This document shows positions 17,461-27,025 of a stretch of 64,000 bases of DNA, piece by piece. Made by a program: the position numbers and the translations under genes. Origin of the DNA: Candidatus Zambryskiibacteriota bacterium (lineage in GTDB: Bacteria; Patescibacteriota; Minisyncoccia; Phycocordibacterales; Zambryskibacteraceae); NCBI GenBank assembly GCA_016180955.1, contig JACPAD010000001.1, positions 8,527 through 72,526 on the forward strand, given 5' to 3'. The stretch's first letter is position 1. The number at the start of each line of letters is the position of its first letter. A model generated the notes under the pieces. That model saw only the letters and a program-made list of their open reading frames with translations. It did no database searches and was not told the origin of the DNA.

Positions 17461-18426
17461 ATGCCCAATTCCCTACCCATAACTCAACACCTTTTGCCCT
17501 TTCTTGATTATTGCGAAATAGAAAAAGGATTATCAAATAATACACAGAAGAATTATCGGCAATATCTCCTGCTTTTTACGGGCTGGCTCAAAAAATCCGG
17601 CAATGAAAAGCTCAAGCCACAGGAGTTGACCGCCAAGCACATTTGGGACTACCGACTCTACCTTGCCCGTCAATATAAGACCCCAGGAGGCTCGTACTTG
17701 AGCAAGAAGTCGCAGAATTACTATTTGATAGCTTTGAGGGCGCTTTTGAATTATTTTGCCGAAAAAGATATAGAGTCTCTTCCCTCTTCGAAAATAAAAT
17801 TGGCGAAGCAGAAGTCGGAGAAAATAATTTCTTTCTTGGAAGTTTCTGATATGGAGAAAATACTCAAGGTGCCGGATGTCTCGACTATAAACGGCTTGCG
17901 CGATAGGGCTATTATGGAACTCTTTTTCTCATCCGGCATGCGCATTTCGGAGCTTGTAGCCCTTAATGCCGACCAGCTCTTATTTCTTGATAACAAGAAC
18001 GCTAAAAGAACTTACGAACTCTCCATCGTCGGCAAGGGCAAACACATTCGCACTATTTTCATCTCCCCTCGTGCCGCCGAGTGGCTGAGGAAGTATCTGA
18101 CAAAAAGGCGTGACGTGCATAAGCCGTTATTTATAAATACTAGGTCGAAAGACCTGGACAACAATCGTCTCACTCCGCGCTCGATACAGTCGATGATATC
18201 GAGGGCGGCGATGTTGGCCGGATTATCAAAAAAAGTGACGCCTCACACCCTGCGTCACAGCTATGCTACCGACCTCTTATCTCATGGAGCCGACCTGCGT
18301 AGCGTCCAAGAGCTTCTGGGACACAAAAATGTTTCTACAACCCAAGTCTACACCCACGTTACCAACAAGCGCCTGCGTGACATCCATGAGAAATTCCACG
18401 GCGGCAGGGATTTAAAGGATAAATAA
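17461..18426 (+). CDS. XerC/XerD-like tyrosine recombinase
   Basis: GMRISEL, GKG, HTLRHSYATDLL, QELLGH, TTQVYTH; likely start MPNSLP. Confidence 0.93.
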   Translation: MPNSLPITQHLLPFLDYCEIEKGLSNNTQKNYRQYLLLFTGWLKKSGNEKLKPQELTAKHIWDYRLYLARQYKTPGGSYLSKKSQNYYLIALRALLNYFAEKDIESLPSSKIKLAKQKSEKIISFLEVSDMEKILKVPDVSTINGLRDRAIMELFFSSGMRISELVALNADQLLFLDNKNAKRTYELSIVGKGKHIRTIFISPRAAEWLRKYLTKRRDVHKPLFINTRSKDLDNNRLTPRSIQSMISRAAMLAGLSKKVTPHTLRHSYATDLLSHGADLRSVQELLGHKNVSTTQVYTHVTNKRLRDIHEKFHGGRDLKDK

Positions 18427-18433
18427 AACACAC

Positions 18434-18464
18434 AAACCCCGCCGCGTCTGACGCGGCGGGGTTT
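18434..18464. terminator. Bidirectional hairpin between convergent genes; same family as rsmH insert
   Basis: AAACCCCGCCGCGTC-T-GACGCGGCGGGGTTT. Confidence 0.8.
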
Positions 18465-18472
18465 TGTAGAGA

Positions 18473-18928
18473 TTATCTCTTAGCTATCTCGAAGTTAGAG
18501 AATTTGGACCAGCAAGCAGAGGAGGACATCCAGGGCTTGGCGCCATACTTTTCATAAAGGTAGCGTGCGTAAGCCACGTTGTCGTCCAGGTCGTGCAAGT
18601 CCAATCCCATCTCTTGTGCATCCTCTTGATGGTACAAGATGTTGATTTGCATCACGCCTCGATCGTAGCTGTTCTTCTCGCCGTGGAGCACATCTCCCTT
18701 GGAGTAGTGTCTGTAGCGGGATTCACACCTAGCGATTTTAGCCATGAGTGGAATGTCGGCGAAATAGTTCTTAACGAACCTCTCGACGTTCTCCGTCTCC
18801 GTTATCGGCAGATAGTCTTCTGACCTCACTTCTTTAGGAAGAGGCAGAGTCTCTACCTCAATCTCTGTGGCCGGAACTGGCGAGGTAATCGCTGGAAACA
18901 CAGCCATAGCGGAAGAAGAGAAACTCAA
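18473..18928 (-). CDS. Lytic transglycosylase (SLT-like) domain protein; start uncertain
   Basis: IARCES, GVMQIN, YARYLY...PW. Confidence 0.8.
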   Translation of the reverse strand: MSFSSSAMAVFPAITSPVPATEIEVETLPLPKEVRSEDYLPITETENVERFVKNYFADIPLMAKIARCESRYRHYSKGDVLHGEKNSYDRGVMQINILYHQEDAQEMGLDLHDLDDNVAYARYLYEKYGAKPWMSSSACWSKFSNFEIAKR

Positions 18929-19130
18929 GAGAAGACTAAGGGTTGTTAACTGTAAAATAACAGTGGGATAAACTTGTAATTTTGGGTGACATTGACCGTA
19001 AGAGCGCTCCCAATTGAAAAGCCAGGACTTTCCTGACTTACTTATATCTTATCACACCTGACTATTGATGTCAAGGACTTTTTGTGGTCTAGTTTAATAA
19101 AATGGCTTTGTTAAGCCGTATTTTGTGAAA

Positions 19131-19514
19131 CTATTGTGGCTTGCAATTAGCCGCCAGAGTATATCCGGAGGCCTCGGCTGCTTCCGGCGAGCTAAAAATG
19201 ATTTTATTCTCCTCTCTAATCTGCTTGGCTCCCGCGCAATGCGAGTAGTGGTATTTAGTGCCATTTTTAGAAGCCACTACAGAAGAGGAATTTTCAATGT
19301 TATTCAATGCGCTAGAAACAGAGGCTTGATTGGAAATTGATGAGTCGTATTCTATCTTTATTGCTTCCCTGTCCCCCGCCACCGTAAGTCTCCCAATACC
19401 GAAAGAAAGAGCAGCAACGAGAATGATAATAAGAGCTAAGAAAAGCTTCCTTAAAAGCGGAAATTTTTCGATATTACCAAACTTGTCAAAAGAAACTTCC
19501 TCTGCTATATTCAT
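19131..19514 (-). CDS. Membrane-anchored protein with Ada-like metal-binding C-terminus
   Basis: TM helix then ASKNGTKYHYSHC...F.S.EAAEASGY...NC. Confidence 0.7.
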   Translation of the reverse strand: MNIAEEVSFDKFGNIEKFPLLRKLFLALIIILVAALSFGIGRLTVAGDREAIKIEYDSSISNQASVSSALNNIENSSSVVASKNGTKYHYSHCAGAKQIREENKIIFSSPEAAEASGYTLAANCKPQ

Positions 19515-19526
19515 AGAGCTTAATAT

Positions 19527-19554
19527 TATAGGTTCGACAAGCTCACTATACAAT
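19527..19554 (+). repeat. TCGAY..CTC hairpin element in rpmA leader
   Basis: TATA-G-GT-TCGACAAGCTC-AC-TATA-CAAT. Confidence 0.6.
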
Positions 19555-19831
19555 GGCACATAAAAAGTCCGCGGGCACAACTAAAAACGGCCGAGATTCC
19601 AATCCAAAATATCTTGGCATTAAGATTACTCCGGGAGCAAGGGCTAAGTCCGGCTCTGTTCTTGTGCGTCAGCGCGGCTCTGATGTACTGGCTGGTAAAG
19701 GAGTCTCTATGGGCAAGGACCATACTCTCTTCGCTCTCGTTGACGGCAAGGTTTTTCTTACCTATAAGCGCAAGGTCCATTTTGATAATAGCGTAGTCAA
19801 AAAAAAGGTTATGAATGTTGTTCCCGTCTAA
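19553..19831 (+). CDS. rpmA: 50S ribosomal protein L27
   Basis: [36 protein letters not shown]. Confidence 0.97.
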   Translation: MAHKKSAGTTKNGRDSNPKYLGIKITPGARAKSGSVLVRQRGSDVLAGKGVSMGKDHTLFALVDGKVFLTYKRKVHFDNSVVKKKVMNVVPV

Positions 19832-20075
19832 ACTTTTCAAGTTCTAAATGTTTTTCTAGACGTCTTGCTTCCTTTTCATTAATCTCCTGCTCTCGAGCGG
19901 CTTTCTTTGTCTTGCTTTGCTCCTTGAGCTGTTTTACTCTAGCGACGCTTGCTTTATCCGCTACGAGCGCAAAATTCTTAGGGATTAAAAAATTTAAAGC
20001 GTAGCCGTCGGCCACATTCTTCTCTTCAAACTTACGTCCGACACCCTTCACATCCTGAAGTAAGATAATCTTCAT
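19809..20075 (-). CDS. rplI: 50S ribosomal protein L9, N-terminal domain plus helix only
   Basis: [13 protein letters not shown]...[13 protein letters not shown]; ends at 88 aa. Confidence 0.88.
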   Translation of the reverse strand: MKIILLQDVKGVGRKFEEKNVADGYALNFLIPKNFALVADKASVARVKQLKEQSKTKKAAREQEINEKEARRLEKHLELEKFRREQHS

Positions 20076-20093
20076 TCCATTTATTACTAACTA

Positions 20094-21314
20094 CTATTTA
20101 CTTAAAATCTCTATCGCTTTCTCTAGCTGGGGGTCATGGTCGGCGGCGCGGTCGGCAGGAGTGTACTTGACTATATAATCCGGCTCAATCCCCTTCTCTG
20201 AAATGGAAATTCCGTTGGGAGTAAGCCACCTCGCGACCGTGAGTTTGAGGGAAGTTTCCGGCGTGATATCTACCAGCTCTTGCACGGAGCCCTTGCCGAA
20301 AGTAGTCTCCCCGACCAATACCGCGCGGCCATGTTCCCTCAATGCCCCGGCGAGAATCTCCGATGCTGAAGCTGAACCTTTATCTACAAGGATGACAAAT
20401 TCAAGCTCGTCAGTAAAAATGTCATAACCGCGGCTTCGATAAACCTTCTCTTCTCGTGAGTTACCGAAGTCCTCTCTTACCACTACACGACTTGCCGGGA
20501 GAAACCAACTGGCCATGTCTATAGCCGCCTCCAAGTAACCGCCCGGATTGCCTCTCATATCTAAAATGAGTTTGTCGTTGCCAGAGAGGATGAATTCGCG
20601 TAAAGCGATGCGGAAAAGGTTCGGCGAATTGGCCGAGAAGCTGTATAGTTCGATGTCGAAGATGTCTCCCGGCAAACTCGAGGTTGCGATAATGGGGATG
20701 TCAATGACAGCGCGCTCTATCGCGATTTCGAACGGCTCACTTTTCCCTTCTCTAAAGACCGTGAGAGTCACTTGTGTGCCTCTTGGTCCGCGAATAAGTT
20801 GTACCGCTTCCTCGGTTGAGAGAGAGCTTGTCGGCTCGCCATTGATGCGGATAACCTTATCTCCCGCGAGTATGCCAGCTTTTTCGGCGGGAGAATTTTT
20901 AAGCGGGGCGATGACGATGATAACCCCTTCCTGCGCGAGAATTTCCATGCCAACACCTTCGAAATTGCCGCGGATGTCTGATTCAAAAAGTTCTGCTTCC
21001 ACCGGCGGGAAAAAGACGGTGTAAGGGTCGCCAAGCGAGCCGGCTAAGCCCTCAATCGCTCCCCAGACTTTCTTCTGGTCGCTTACTTTTTCTGCTGTGG
21101 TGGAGGCCGGCACGTACTTCTCGTTAATAAGATTCCAGGCCTTCCAAAACGGGCTGAAGTCGAGTGCTTCCGGTTGGCCAACCGCTTCGTTCTCGAGATT
21201 GGAGACGACCGTCGAGACCTCCTCTCCTCCCTTATTGAATCCAAGATTATAAGAGCCGACAGCGATAAGAAATATGAGGAGAAGCAATGCGGCGTGTTTT
21301 CGCAGAAAATCCAT
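20094..21314 (-). CDS. ctpA: S41 carboxyl-terminal processing protease (PDZ)
   Basis: DPYT, GVG, LDMRGNPGG, SASASE, TFGKGSVQ; likely start MDFLRK. Confidence 0.92.
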   Translation of the reverse strand: MDFLRKHAALLLLIFLIAVGSYNLGFNKGGEEVSTVVSNLENEAVGQPEALDFSPFWKAWNLINEKYVPASTTAEKVSDQKKVWGAIEGLAGSLGDPYTVFFPPVEAELFESDIRGNFEGVGMEILAQEGVIIVIAPLKNSPAEKAGILAGDKVIRINGEPTSSLSTEEAVQLIRGPRGTQVTLTVFREGKSEPFEIAIERAVIDIPIIATSSLPGDIFDIELYSFSANSPNLFRIALREFILSGNDKLILDMRGNPGGYLEAAIDMASWFLPASRVVVREDFGNSREEKVYRSRGYDIFTDELEFVILVDKGSASASEILAGALREHGRAVLVGETTFGKGSVQELVDITPETSLKLTVARWLTPNGISISEKGIEPDYIVKYTPADRAADHDPQLEKAIEILSK

Positions 21315-21321
21315 TTTGGAA

Positions 21322-21336
21322 ATTATAGCATATAAT
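21322..21336. promoter_or_regulatory. Back-to-back -10 boxes for divergent, probably leaderless ctpA/cysS
   Basis: ATTATA-GCA-TATAAT; 7 and 6 nt from the respective ATGs. Confidence 0.65.
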
Positions 21337-21342
21337 AGCCTT

Positions 21343-22719
21343 ATGACGATCAGGTTACATAATACTTTAAGTGGAAAACTTGAGGAATTTTCCCCTATTG
21401 AACCCAACAGAGTGAAAATGTATCACTGCGGCCCGACGGTCTACGGTACCCAGCATATTGGTAATCTTTCGATGTTTGTTTTTACTGACATCTTGCGTCG
21501 CACTCTCGAATACAGTGGCTTTCAAACCAAACAAGTCATCAATATTACTGATTTCGGTCACCTGACTTCTGATGCTGACGAAGGAGAAGATAAGATGACC
21601 AAGGGCCTCAAGCGAGAAGGCTTGGAAATGACACTTGATAATATGCTTACTCTTGGACGGAAATATGCTGGAGTCTTTCTCGAAGACATTTCGAGATTGA
21701 ATGTGAAAACAGAGGGCACTTTCTTTCCTTACGCGAGCGAGTACGTGCCGCAGCAGATTGAGATGATTAAGATTCTCGAGTCAAAAGGCTTTACCTATAA
21801 AACGAGCGACGGAATTTACTTTGATATATCAAAGTGTAGAGAATATGGAAAATTGGGTGGTCTCTCGCAAGATTTGCAAGCTCGCATAGCTCCCAACCCC
21901 GAGAAGAAAAACCAGCGAGACTTCAATCTTTGGAAGTTTAATCCAAAACTTGGTTGGAAGTCTCCATGGGGTGAGGGGTTCCCCGGGTGGCATATCGAGT
22001 GTTCGACCATGATTATTAACCTTTTAGGAGAACAGATAGACATACATACGGGCGGTATTGAGCACATACCAGTGCATCATAATAATGAAATTGCCCAATC
22101 CGAGGCGGCTACGGGCAAGGAACCATTTGCTAGGTACTGGCTACACAGAGCTCATCTACAATTAGGCGGCGAAAAGATTGCCAAATCAGAAGGCAACGTG
22201 GTATATCTTTCTGAAATTATCGAGAAAGGATTCAGTCCCCTAGCCTTCCGATACTTCCTTTTGAATTCTACCTATCGAACTTCTACCAACTTCACTTGGG
22301 AAGCGCTGGAAGCGGCTCAAAATGCGTATAAGAAACTCAAAGAAGCTATGACGGGCAAGCAAGATTTAGGAATAATAGATCAAAAATACAAAAAACAATT
22401 CATAGAGAAGATTGAAGATGACCTTAATACTCCCGAAGCACTGGCGGTTGTTTGGAAACTGGTTAAAGATGAATCCGTCTCTTCTGCCGATAAGCACTCT
22501 ACGCTTCTTGATTTCGATAAAGTGTTAGGACTTAATCTTGAACAAAATGAATTTGAAACGGGAGAGATTCCGGAAGAAGTCTCCAAGCTTCTCTCCGAAC
22601 GCGAAGAAGCTCGCGCTTCCGGAGACTACCAAAAATCTGACAAACTTCGCGAAGAAATTAAAAAACTTGACTTTATAGTCGAAGATACTCCATCGGGCCA
22701 GAAAGTTTTGAAGTTATAA
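21343..22719 (+). CDS. cysS: Cysteine--tRNA ligase
   Basis: CGPTVY, HIGN, NITD, PGWHIECS, DIHTGG, HHNNEIAQ. Confidence 0.96.
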   Translation: MTIRLHNTLSGKLEEFSPIEPNRVKMYHCGPTVYGTQHIGNLSMFVFTDILRRTLEYSGFQTKQVINITDFGHLTSDADEGEDKMTKGLKREGLEMTLDNMLTLGRKYAGVFLEDISRLNVKTEGTFFPYASEYVPQQIEMIKILESKGFTYKTSDGIYFDISKCREYGKLGGLSQDLQARIAPNPEKKNQRDFNLWKFNPKLGWKSPWGEGFPGWHIECSTMIINLLGEQIDIHTGGIEHIPVHHNNEIAQSEAATGKEPFARYWLHRAHLQLGGEKIAKSEGNVVYLSEIIEKGFSPLAFRYFLLNSTYRTSTNFTWEALEAAQNAYKKLKEAMTGKQDLGIIDQKYKKQFIEKIEDDLNTPEALAVVWKLVKDESVSSADKHSTLLDFDKVLGLNLEQNEFETGEIPEEVSKLLSEREEARASGDYQKSDKLREEIKKLDFIVEDTPSGQKVLKL

Positions 22720-22730
22720 ATTATACTTTT

Positions 22731-22748
22731 TACTAGCGGTCGCAAGTA
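22731..22748. repeat. 18-bp quasi-palindrome (TACTTGCG-GT-CGCAAGTA type)
   Basis: TACTAGCGGTCGCAAGTA; twin at 26984. Confidence 0.6.
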
Positions 22749-22882
22749 TTTTCTACTTTTTTTGAAATTAGAAATTAAAACAAAAACATTTGAGTGTCAA
22801 ACAAGTTCTCCCCAACTTAAACACTACTTTCTACCCATTTCTAGACTCGTATCATTCGATCAAATTCGCTATAATTCGTGGC

Positions 22883-24307
22883 ATGGAAATTACCGGTCAG
22901 AACCCCATCACTAACGCGGGGCTGCGCATCCCGCCCCACTCGCTCGAGGCGGAGATGGCGCTCCTTGGCTCTATCATGCTTCGTCCGGATGCGATTTATG
23001 AAATTATTGATATCGTAACTCCCTTATCTTTTTATTTCGAAAAGCATCGCACTGTATATGAAGCAATGCTCGAGCTCTTCGGTAAGCATCAGCCGATAGA
23101 TATTCTATCGCTCTCCACACGGTTGAAAGAAAAAGATTTTCTCGAACATATAGGCGGTACCACTTTCCTCACTGAACTTTCCTCTGTTGTACCCTCTTCC
23201 GCCAATGTCAAGCACTATGCCGAGATTGTAATGAAAAAATATATGATGCGCCAGCTTATCGAGGCTTCCGAGTATCTATCGCACTTAGGCTTCAACGAAG
23301 CGGGCGAACTCGAAGAGATTCTCGACCAAGCGGAGAAGAAAGTCTTCGACATCACCGAACACTTCGCTGGTTCTGCACGTTTCCGAGAACTTATGCCGCT
23401 TCTCCACGACGCCTTCGAGCGCTTCGAGAGGCTCTCCAGTGCTGAACACGAATTGCGCGGTGTACGGACAGGATTCAAGTCACTTGATGATATCCTCGGC
23501 GGTTTCCAGAATTCCGACCTCATCATCATCGCCGCGCGTCCTTCGGTCGGTAAGACGGCTCTGGCTCTCGACATCGCCCGTCGCACAGCAAGCGAGCATC
23601 AGACTCCCGTCGGCATCTTCTCTCTTGAGATGAGCGCGGACCAGCTGGTGGACAGGATTGTTGCCGCCCAGAGCCGCACTGACGCCTCGATCATCAGGAA
23701 AGGCGTGCGCACCCAGAGCGGCACTTGGCGTGAGGATATCTTCAAGAATATCCGCGACGCTCTTGATGATCTCTCGCGTACGCCCATCTACATTGACGAC
23801 CAGCCCGGTAATTCCATCATGAAGATGCGTTCTGCCGCGCGTAAGCTCAAGATCGAGAAAAGTCTCAAGCTTCTTATCGTTGATTATCTCCAGCTTATGG
23901 CGCCCTCGACTGCTCGTACCAACGACTCGATGGTCCAGCAAGTGACCGAAATTTCACGCGGGTTGAAGCACTTGGCCCGTGAGCTCAACATCCCCGTCAT
24001 TGCTCTCTCCCAGCTCTCGCGTGCCATCGAGACCCGCGGTGGCAAGCCTAAACTCTCCGACCTTCGCGACTCGGGCTCCATCGAGCAGGATGCAGACCTG
24101 GTGATGTTCATCCACTCCAATGAGGACGATATCCGAGACGAGTCCGGCAAGGTCAAGGACGTCCAGCGCAAAGAGCTCATCATCGCCAAGCATAGGAACG
24201 GCCCGTTGGGTCAGGCGGTGCTCGACTATCACACCCGCTTCAATACCTTCGTTGAAATAGACTACTCCAACTACGGCAAGATTGAGGAAGATTTCAAGAA
24301 TTTCTGA
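22883..24307 (+). CDS. dnaB: Replicative DNA helicase
   Basis: PPHSLEAE, AARPSVGKT, FSLEM, DYLQL, LSQLSR, DLRDSGSIEQDAD. Confidence 0.96.
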   Translation: MEITGQNPITNAGLRIPPHSLEAEMALLGSIMLRPDAIYEIIDIVTPLSFYFEKHRTVYEAMLELFGKHQPIDILSLSTRLKEKDFLEHIGGTTFLTELSSVVPSSANVKHYAEIVMKKYMMRQLIEASEYLSHLGFNEAGELEEILDQAEKKVFDITEHFAGSARFRELMPLLHDAFERFERLSSAEHELRGVRTGFKSLDDILGGFQNSDLIIIAARPSVGKTALALDIARRTASEHQTPVGIFSLEMSADQLVDRIVAAQSRTDASIIRKGVRTQSGTWREDIFKNIRDALDDLSRTPIYIDDQPGNSIMKMRSAARKLKIEKSLKLLIVDYLQLMAPSTARTNDSMVQQVTEISRGLKHLARELNIPVIALSQLSRAIETRGGKPKLSDLRDSGSIEQDADLVMFIHSNEDDIRDESGKVKDVQRKELIIAKHRNGPLGQAVLDYHTRFNTFVEIDYSNYGKIEEDFKNF

Positions 24308-24909
24308 TGAACGCTATCGATCGGTTAGCTGAACTTTTTAAAAACTTCCCCGGCATAGGCCCGCGGCAAGCCAAGCGCTTTGTTTATTATCTTTTATCTA
24401 GAGATGGAAATTATTCTGATGAACTGATTAAAGCAATACAAAATCTCAAGCAAGAAATCGCACAGTGCAATGAATGCCAGAGACACTTTCCCTCGACAAA
24501 CTCGGGACAAGCGCTCTGTTCCATTTGCTCTGACGATACCAGAGATAGCTCAATGCTCATGGTTGTGCCGAGAGATATTGACTTGGAAGCGGTTGAGAAA
24601 TCTGGTAGTTACAAGGGTTACTATTTCGTGTTAGGCGGTGTGGTGCCGATTCTAGAGAAAGAACCAGAAAAAAGAATCAGAATCAAGGAACTAGAATCAC
24701 GAATCAAGAAAAATAAAAATATCAAAGAAATAATTCTTGCTATGAACGCCAACCAGGACGGCGAGCATACCGCCGAATTCATCAAACAAAAATATCAAGG
24801 GCTACCCTTGATATTTTCCGCGCTTGGCAGAGGTCTCTCCACTGGCATCGAGTTAGAATACGCCGACCCAGAAACCCTCAAAAACGCCTTTTTGCATCGG
24901 ACTAAATAA
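24307..24909 (+). CDS. recR: Recombination mediator RecR
   Basis: PGIGPRQAKR, C4 zinc finger, YFVLGG, LEYAD. Confidence 0.93.
   Translation: MNAIDRLAELFKNFPGIGPRQAKRFVYYLLSRDGNYSDELIKAIQNLKQEIAQCNECQRHFPSTNSGQALCSICSDDTRDSSMLMVVPRDIDLEAVEKSGSYKGYYFVLGGVVPILEKEPEKRIRIKELESRIKKNKNIKEIILAMNANQDGEHTAEFIKQKYQGLPLIFSALGRGLSTGIELEYADPETLKNAFLHRTK
24489..24511 (+). repeat. TCGAY..CTC hairpin element in frame in recR zinc finger (PSTNSGQA)
   Basis: TCCC-TCGACAAACTC-GGGA-CAAG. Confidence 0.7.
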
Positions 24910-25058
24910 GCTACGTTCTAAATTATTTACCCATAAAATACAAATTAAGTCAAATTTTTAGAGCTTGACACACACACTTCTTTGGTAAGGTTCAAACAGA
25001 GCTTACCCCCTAGACAGATTCACTGTTTAGTGGTCTGCCCTTTGAAAGGAAACTACAT

Positions 25059-25784
25059 GTGAATGATAACTTTCGTGGACACTTGGAAGAGTGCATCAAG
25101 CACTTTGCCGCCCGCTTTTCTGAATCGTTTCCGAAAGGAAGCAAAGAAGCGGCAGAGGCTAAGCGGCCGATAGCCAAGTTCTGTGGCGTGAGTGTAGCTA
25201 CCGTGACCCGGTGGCTATATCACGCAAACAGCTTGCCGAAGGGCGAGGAGAACATCAAGCTGATGCATTTCCTCGACCTCAACGGCTACAAGGTAATCGA
25301 ACTCGAGCGCGTTCCGCAGAAGTGCCGCAACTTCGCCAAGCTCATCGGTTTTTCGCTGATCACAAGTCAGCAGGCGACCGACATGCTTGGATATACCCAA
25401 ACCTCTTCTCTTTTCCAGTTGCTTCGTGGCAACCGGGAAGCAAGTGATGACCGGGATCAGAAGTTGTGGGATATGTGGAAAGTGCGAAAGGACAAACTTG
25501 ACGAGGCGGTTGAAAAAGCTGTACAGCGATTTCGACTAAATTTCTCACCAGCGTCAGAGCACTCGACGGTACCAACGGAAACGCTGGTGACGCCGAACTT
25601 CAACAACTACCCCAAAGACGGGGTGATTGATATCATGCAAGGCCTTCTACGGTTTCTCGATGGTGGGGTCTTGCAAGATCTCTCAGACGCTGACTGGGTT
25701 GCATTGCGCAACTCAAGCAGTGTGGTTCTTCGGCTCTCTTCCCATCTGTCAACACTCAGCGCTCGGCTAGTAAAGCCAAGCTAA
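25059..25784 (+). CDS. Hypothetical protein with one or two HTH-like motifs
   Basis: IAKFCGVSVATVTRW and QATDMLGY..SSLFQLLRG; SD AAAGGA. Confidence 0.65.
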   Translation: MNDNFRGHLEECIKHFAARFSESFPKGSKEAAEAKRPIAKFCGVSVATVTRWLYHANSLPKGEENIKLMHFLDLNGYKVIELERVPQKCRNFAKLIGFSLITSQQATDMLGYTQTSSLFQLLRGNREASDDRDQKLWDMWKVRKDKLDEAVEKAVQRFRLNFSPASEHSTVPTETLVTPNFNNYPKDGVIDIMQGLLRFLDGGVLQDLSDADWVALRNSSSVVLRLSSHLSTLSARLVKPS

Positions 25785-25794
25785 AGGAGGTTCC

Positions 25795-26076
25795 ATGACC
25801 GAACCGCATCGCTGGGTGGTGCAGAAGGTCGTTCCTAACGGCCAGCACGGGCCGTACGCGATAGCTCAAGATGAAGACCAAAAACTCGGTTCAGTTACCT
25901 TTTCTCTCACGCCAGATGTTTGGCCGGAGAAGAGATTCCCCGAACCGGGTTCCGAGGTGGTTCTGGAAGATTTTCAGAAGAAGCGCGCAGGGTGGCGCGC
26001 AATGTCTGCCCGGTTTTTCAGACCGGAAGACATCGGCAACAGCAATCAGCAAGCGCGTTCAGCGCGGAGCAAATAG
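25795..26076 (+). CDS. Small hypothetical protein (possible beta-barrel)
   Basis: SD AAAGGAGG; 93 aa; operon spacing. Confidence 0.65.
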   Translation: MTEPHRWVVQKVVPNGQHGPYAIAQDEDQKLGSVTFSLTPDVWPEKRFPEPGSEVVLEDFQKKRAGWRAMSARFFRPEDIGNSNQQARSARSK

Positions 26077-26078
26077 CC

Positions 26079-26891
26079 ATGAGCATTCAGATCAGTGACC
26101 GTTCGGTGACCCGCACTATCAAGGATCTCGTCGAGGATTTCTACGTCCGTCAAGAACTCAATCATGACTGGGCACTCCAGCTTGGTCTGCTCGTCGATTC
26201 GGGCGTTGAACTGGAACCCATCTACATTACGCGTGACGGTAAGGTGATCGATGGACGCCATCGCATTGAGGCGCACGAACTTGCCAAGAAGACGGAGATC
26301 CGGTGCAAGATCGTCGAGGCCGACGACGACGTCGAATTTGTTGTCTTCGCACTCAAGTGCAACTTGGGAGGTTCTTTGCCGCCAAACAAGGGCGACATCG
26401 AGCACACCATCCAGGAACTCTTGAACCGCGGCGTTCCGAAGAAGCAGCTTGCCGAAATCCTCGCGCCACTACCGACACGCATGGTGCGCGCGTATCTCAA
26501 TGACGTCGAGAGCCGGATGCAGCGCACCAAGTTGCAAAAAGCGGCGCTTGCTATCTCGAACGGCGGACTGTCGGTGCCGAAGGCGGCAGTGCAATATGAC
26601 GTACCCGAGGATCAGCTCAAGGCGCTTTTGAACAATCGGGTCAATGCGCGAACCAAGCGTGGGGTCGAAGAGGCCCAGCGCCAACTCTCAGTGGCATACA
26701 GGTCGCTGGGTAACCGCAATTCCGCGGTCGTTCGTCGGCTCATGGAGGCCTATCAAGACGGTGACGTGAGCCACAAGCAAGTGATGAAGATCTTCACTCA
26801 CTTGGACCACCTGGTGAAGGTGTCAAGCCGCAAAGTCGCTGAATGGCGCAAGCGCTTCGATGCCATGGAGGCGCCAAAGAAGATCGCGTAG
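26079..26891 (+). CDS. ParB/Srx N-terminal domain protein with HTH-like segments
   Basis: LEPIYI...VIDGRHRIEA; LSVPKAAVQYDV. Confidence 0.8.
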   Translation: MSIQISDRSVTRTIKDLVEDFYVRQELNHDWALQLGLLVDSGVELEPIYITRDGKVIDGRHRIEAHELAKKTEIRCKIVEADDDVEFVVFALKCNLGGSLPPNKGDIEHTIQELLNRGVPKKQLAEILAPLPTRMVRAYLNDVESRMQRTKLQKAALAISNGGLSVPKAAVQYDVPEDQLKALLNNRVNARTKRGVEEAQRQLSVAYRSLGNRNSAVVRRLMEAYQDGDVSHKQVMKIFTHLDHLVKVSSRKVAEWRKRFDAMEAPKKIA

Positions 26892-26911
26892 TAGTACCCT
26901 TTCGTAATATC

Positions 26912-26962
26912 AAAGGAGAGACGGTTGAAACCTTGAATGGTCAATCCTGTCTCTCTTTTTTT
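26912..26962 (+). terminator. Hairpin terminator after ParB-like operon
   Basis: AAAGGAGAGACGG...CTGTCTCTCTTTT plus T-run. Confidence 0.55.
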
Positions 26963-26983
26963 GTTTTGATTAAAAGTATTAAA

Positions 26984-27001
26984 TACCTGCGGTCGCAAGT
27001 A
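26984..27001. repeat. 18-bp quasi-palindrome, second copy
   Basis: TACCTGCGGTCGCAAGTA. Confidence 0.6.
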
Positions 27002-27025
27002 ACTAACACTTCTACTATCTATTGT

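Noticed and set aside
17461..18426. Prophage or integron integrase
   Set aside because: Motifs and context fit a chromosomal Xer recombinase; no phage genes or attC array nearby
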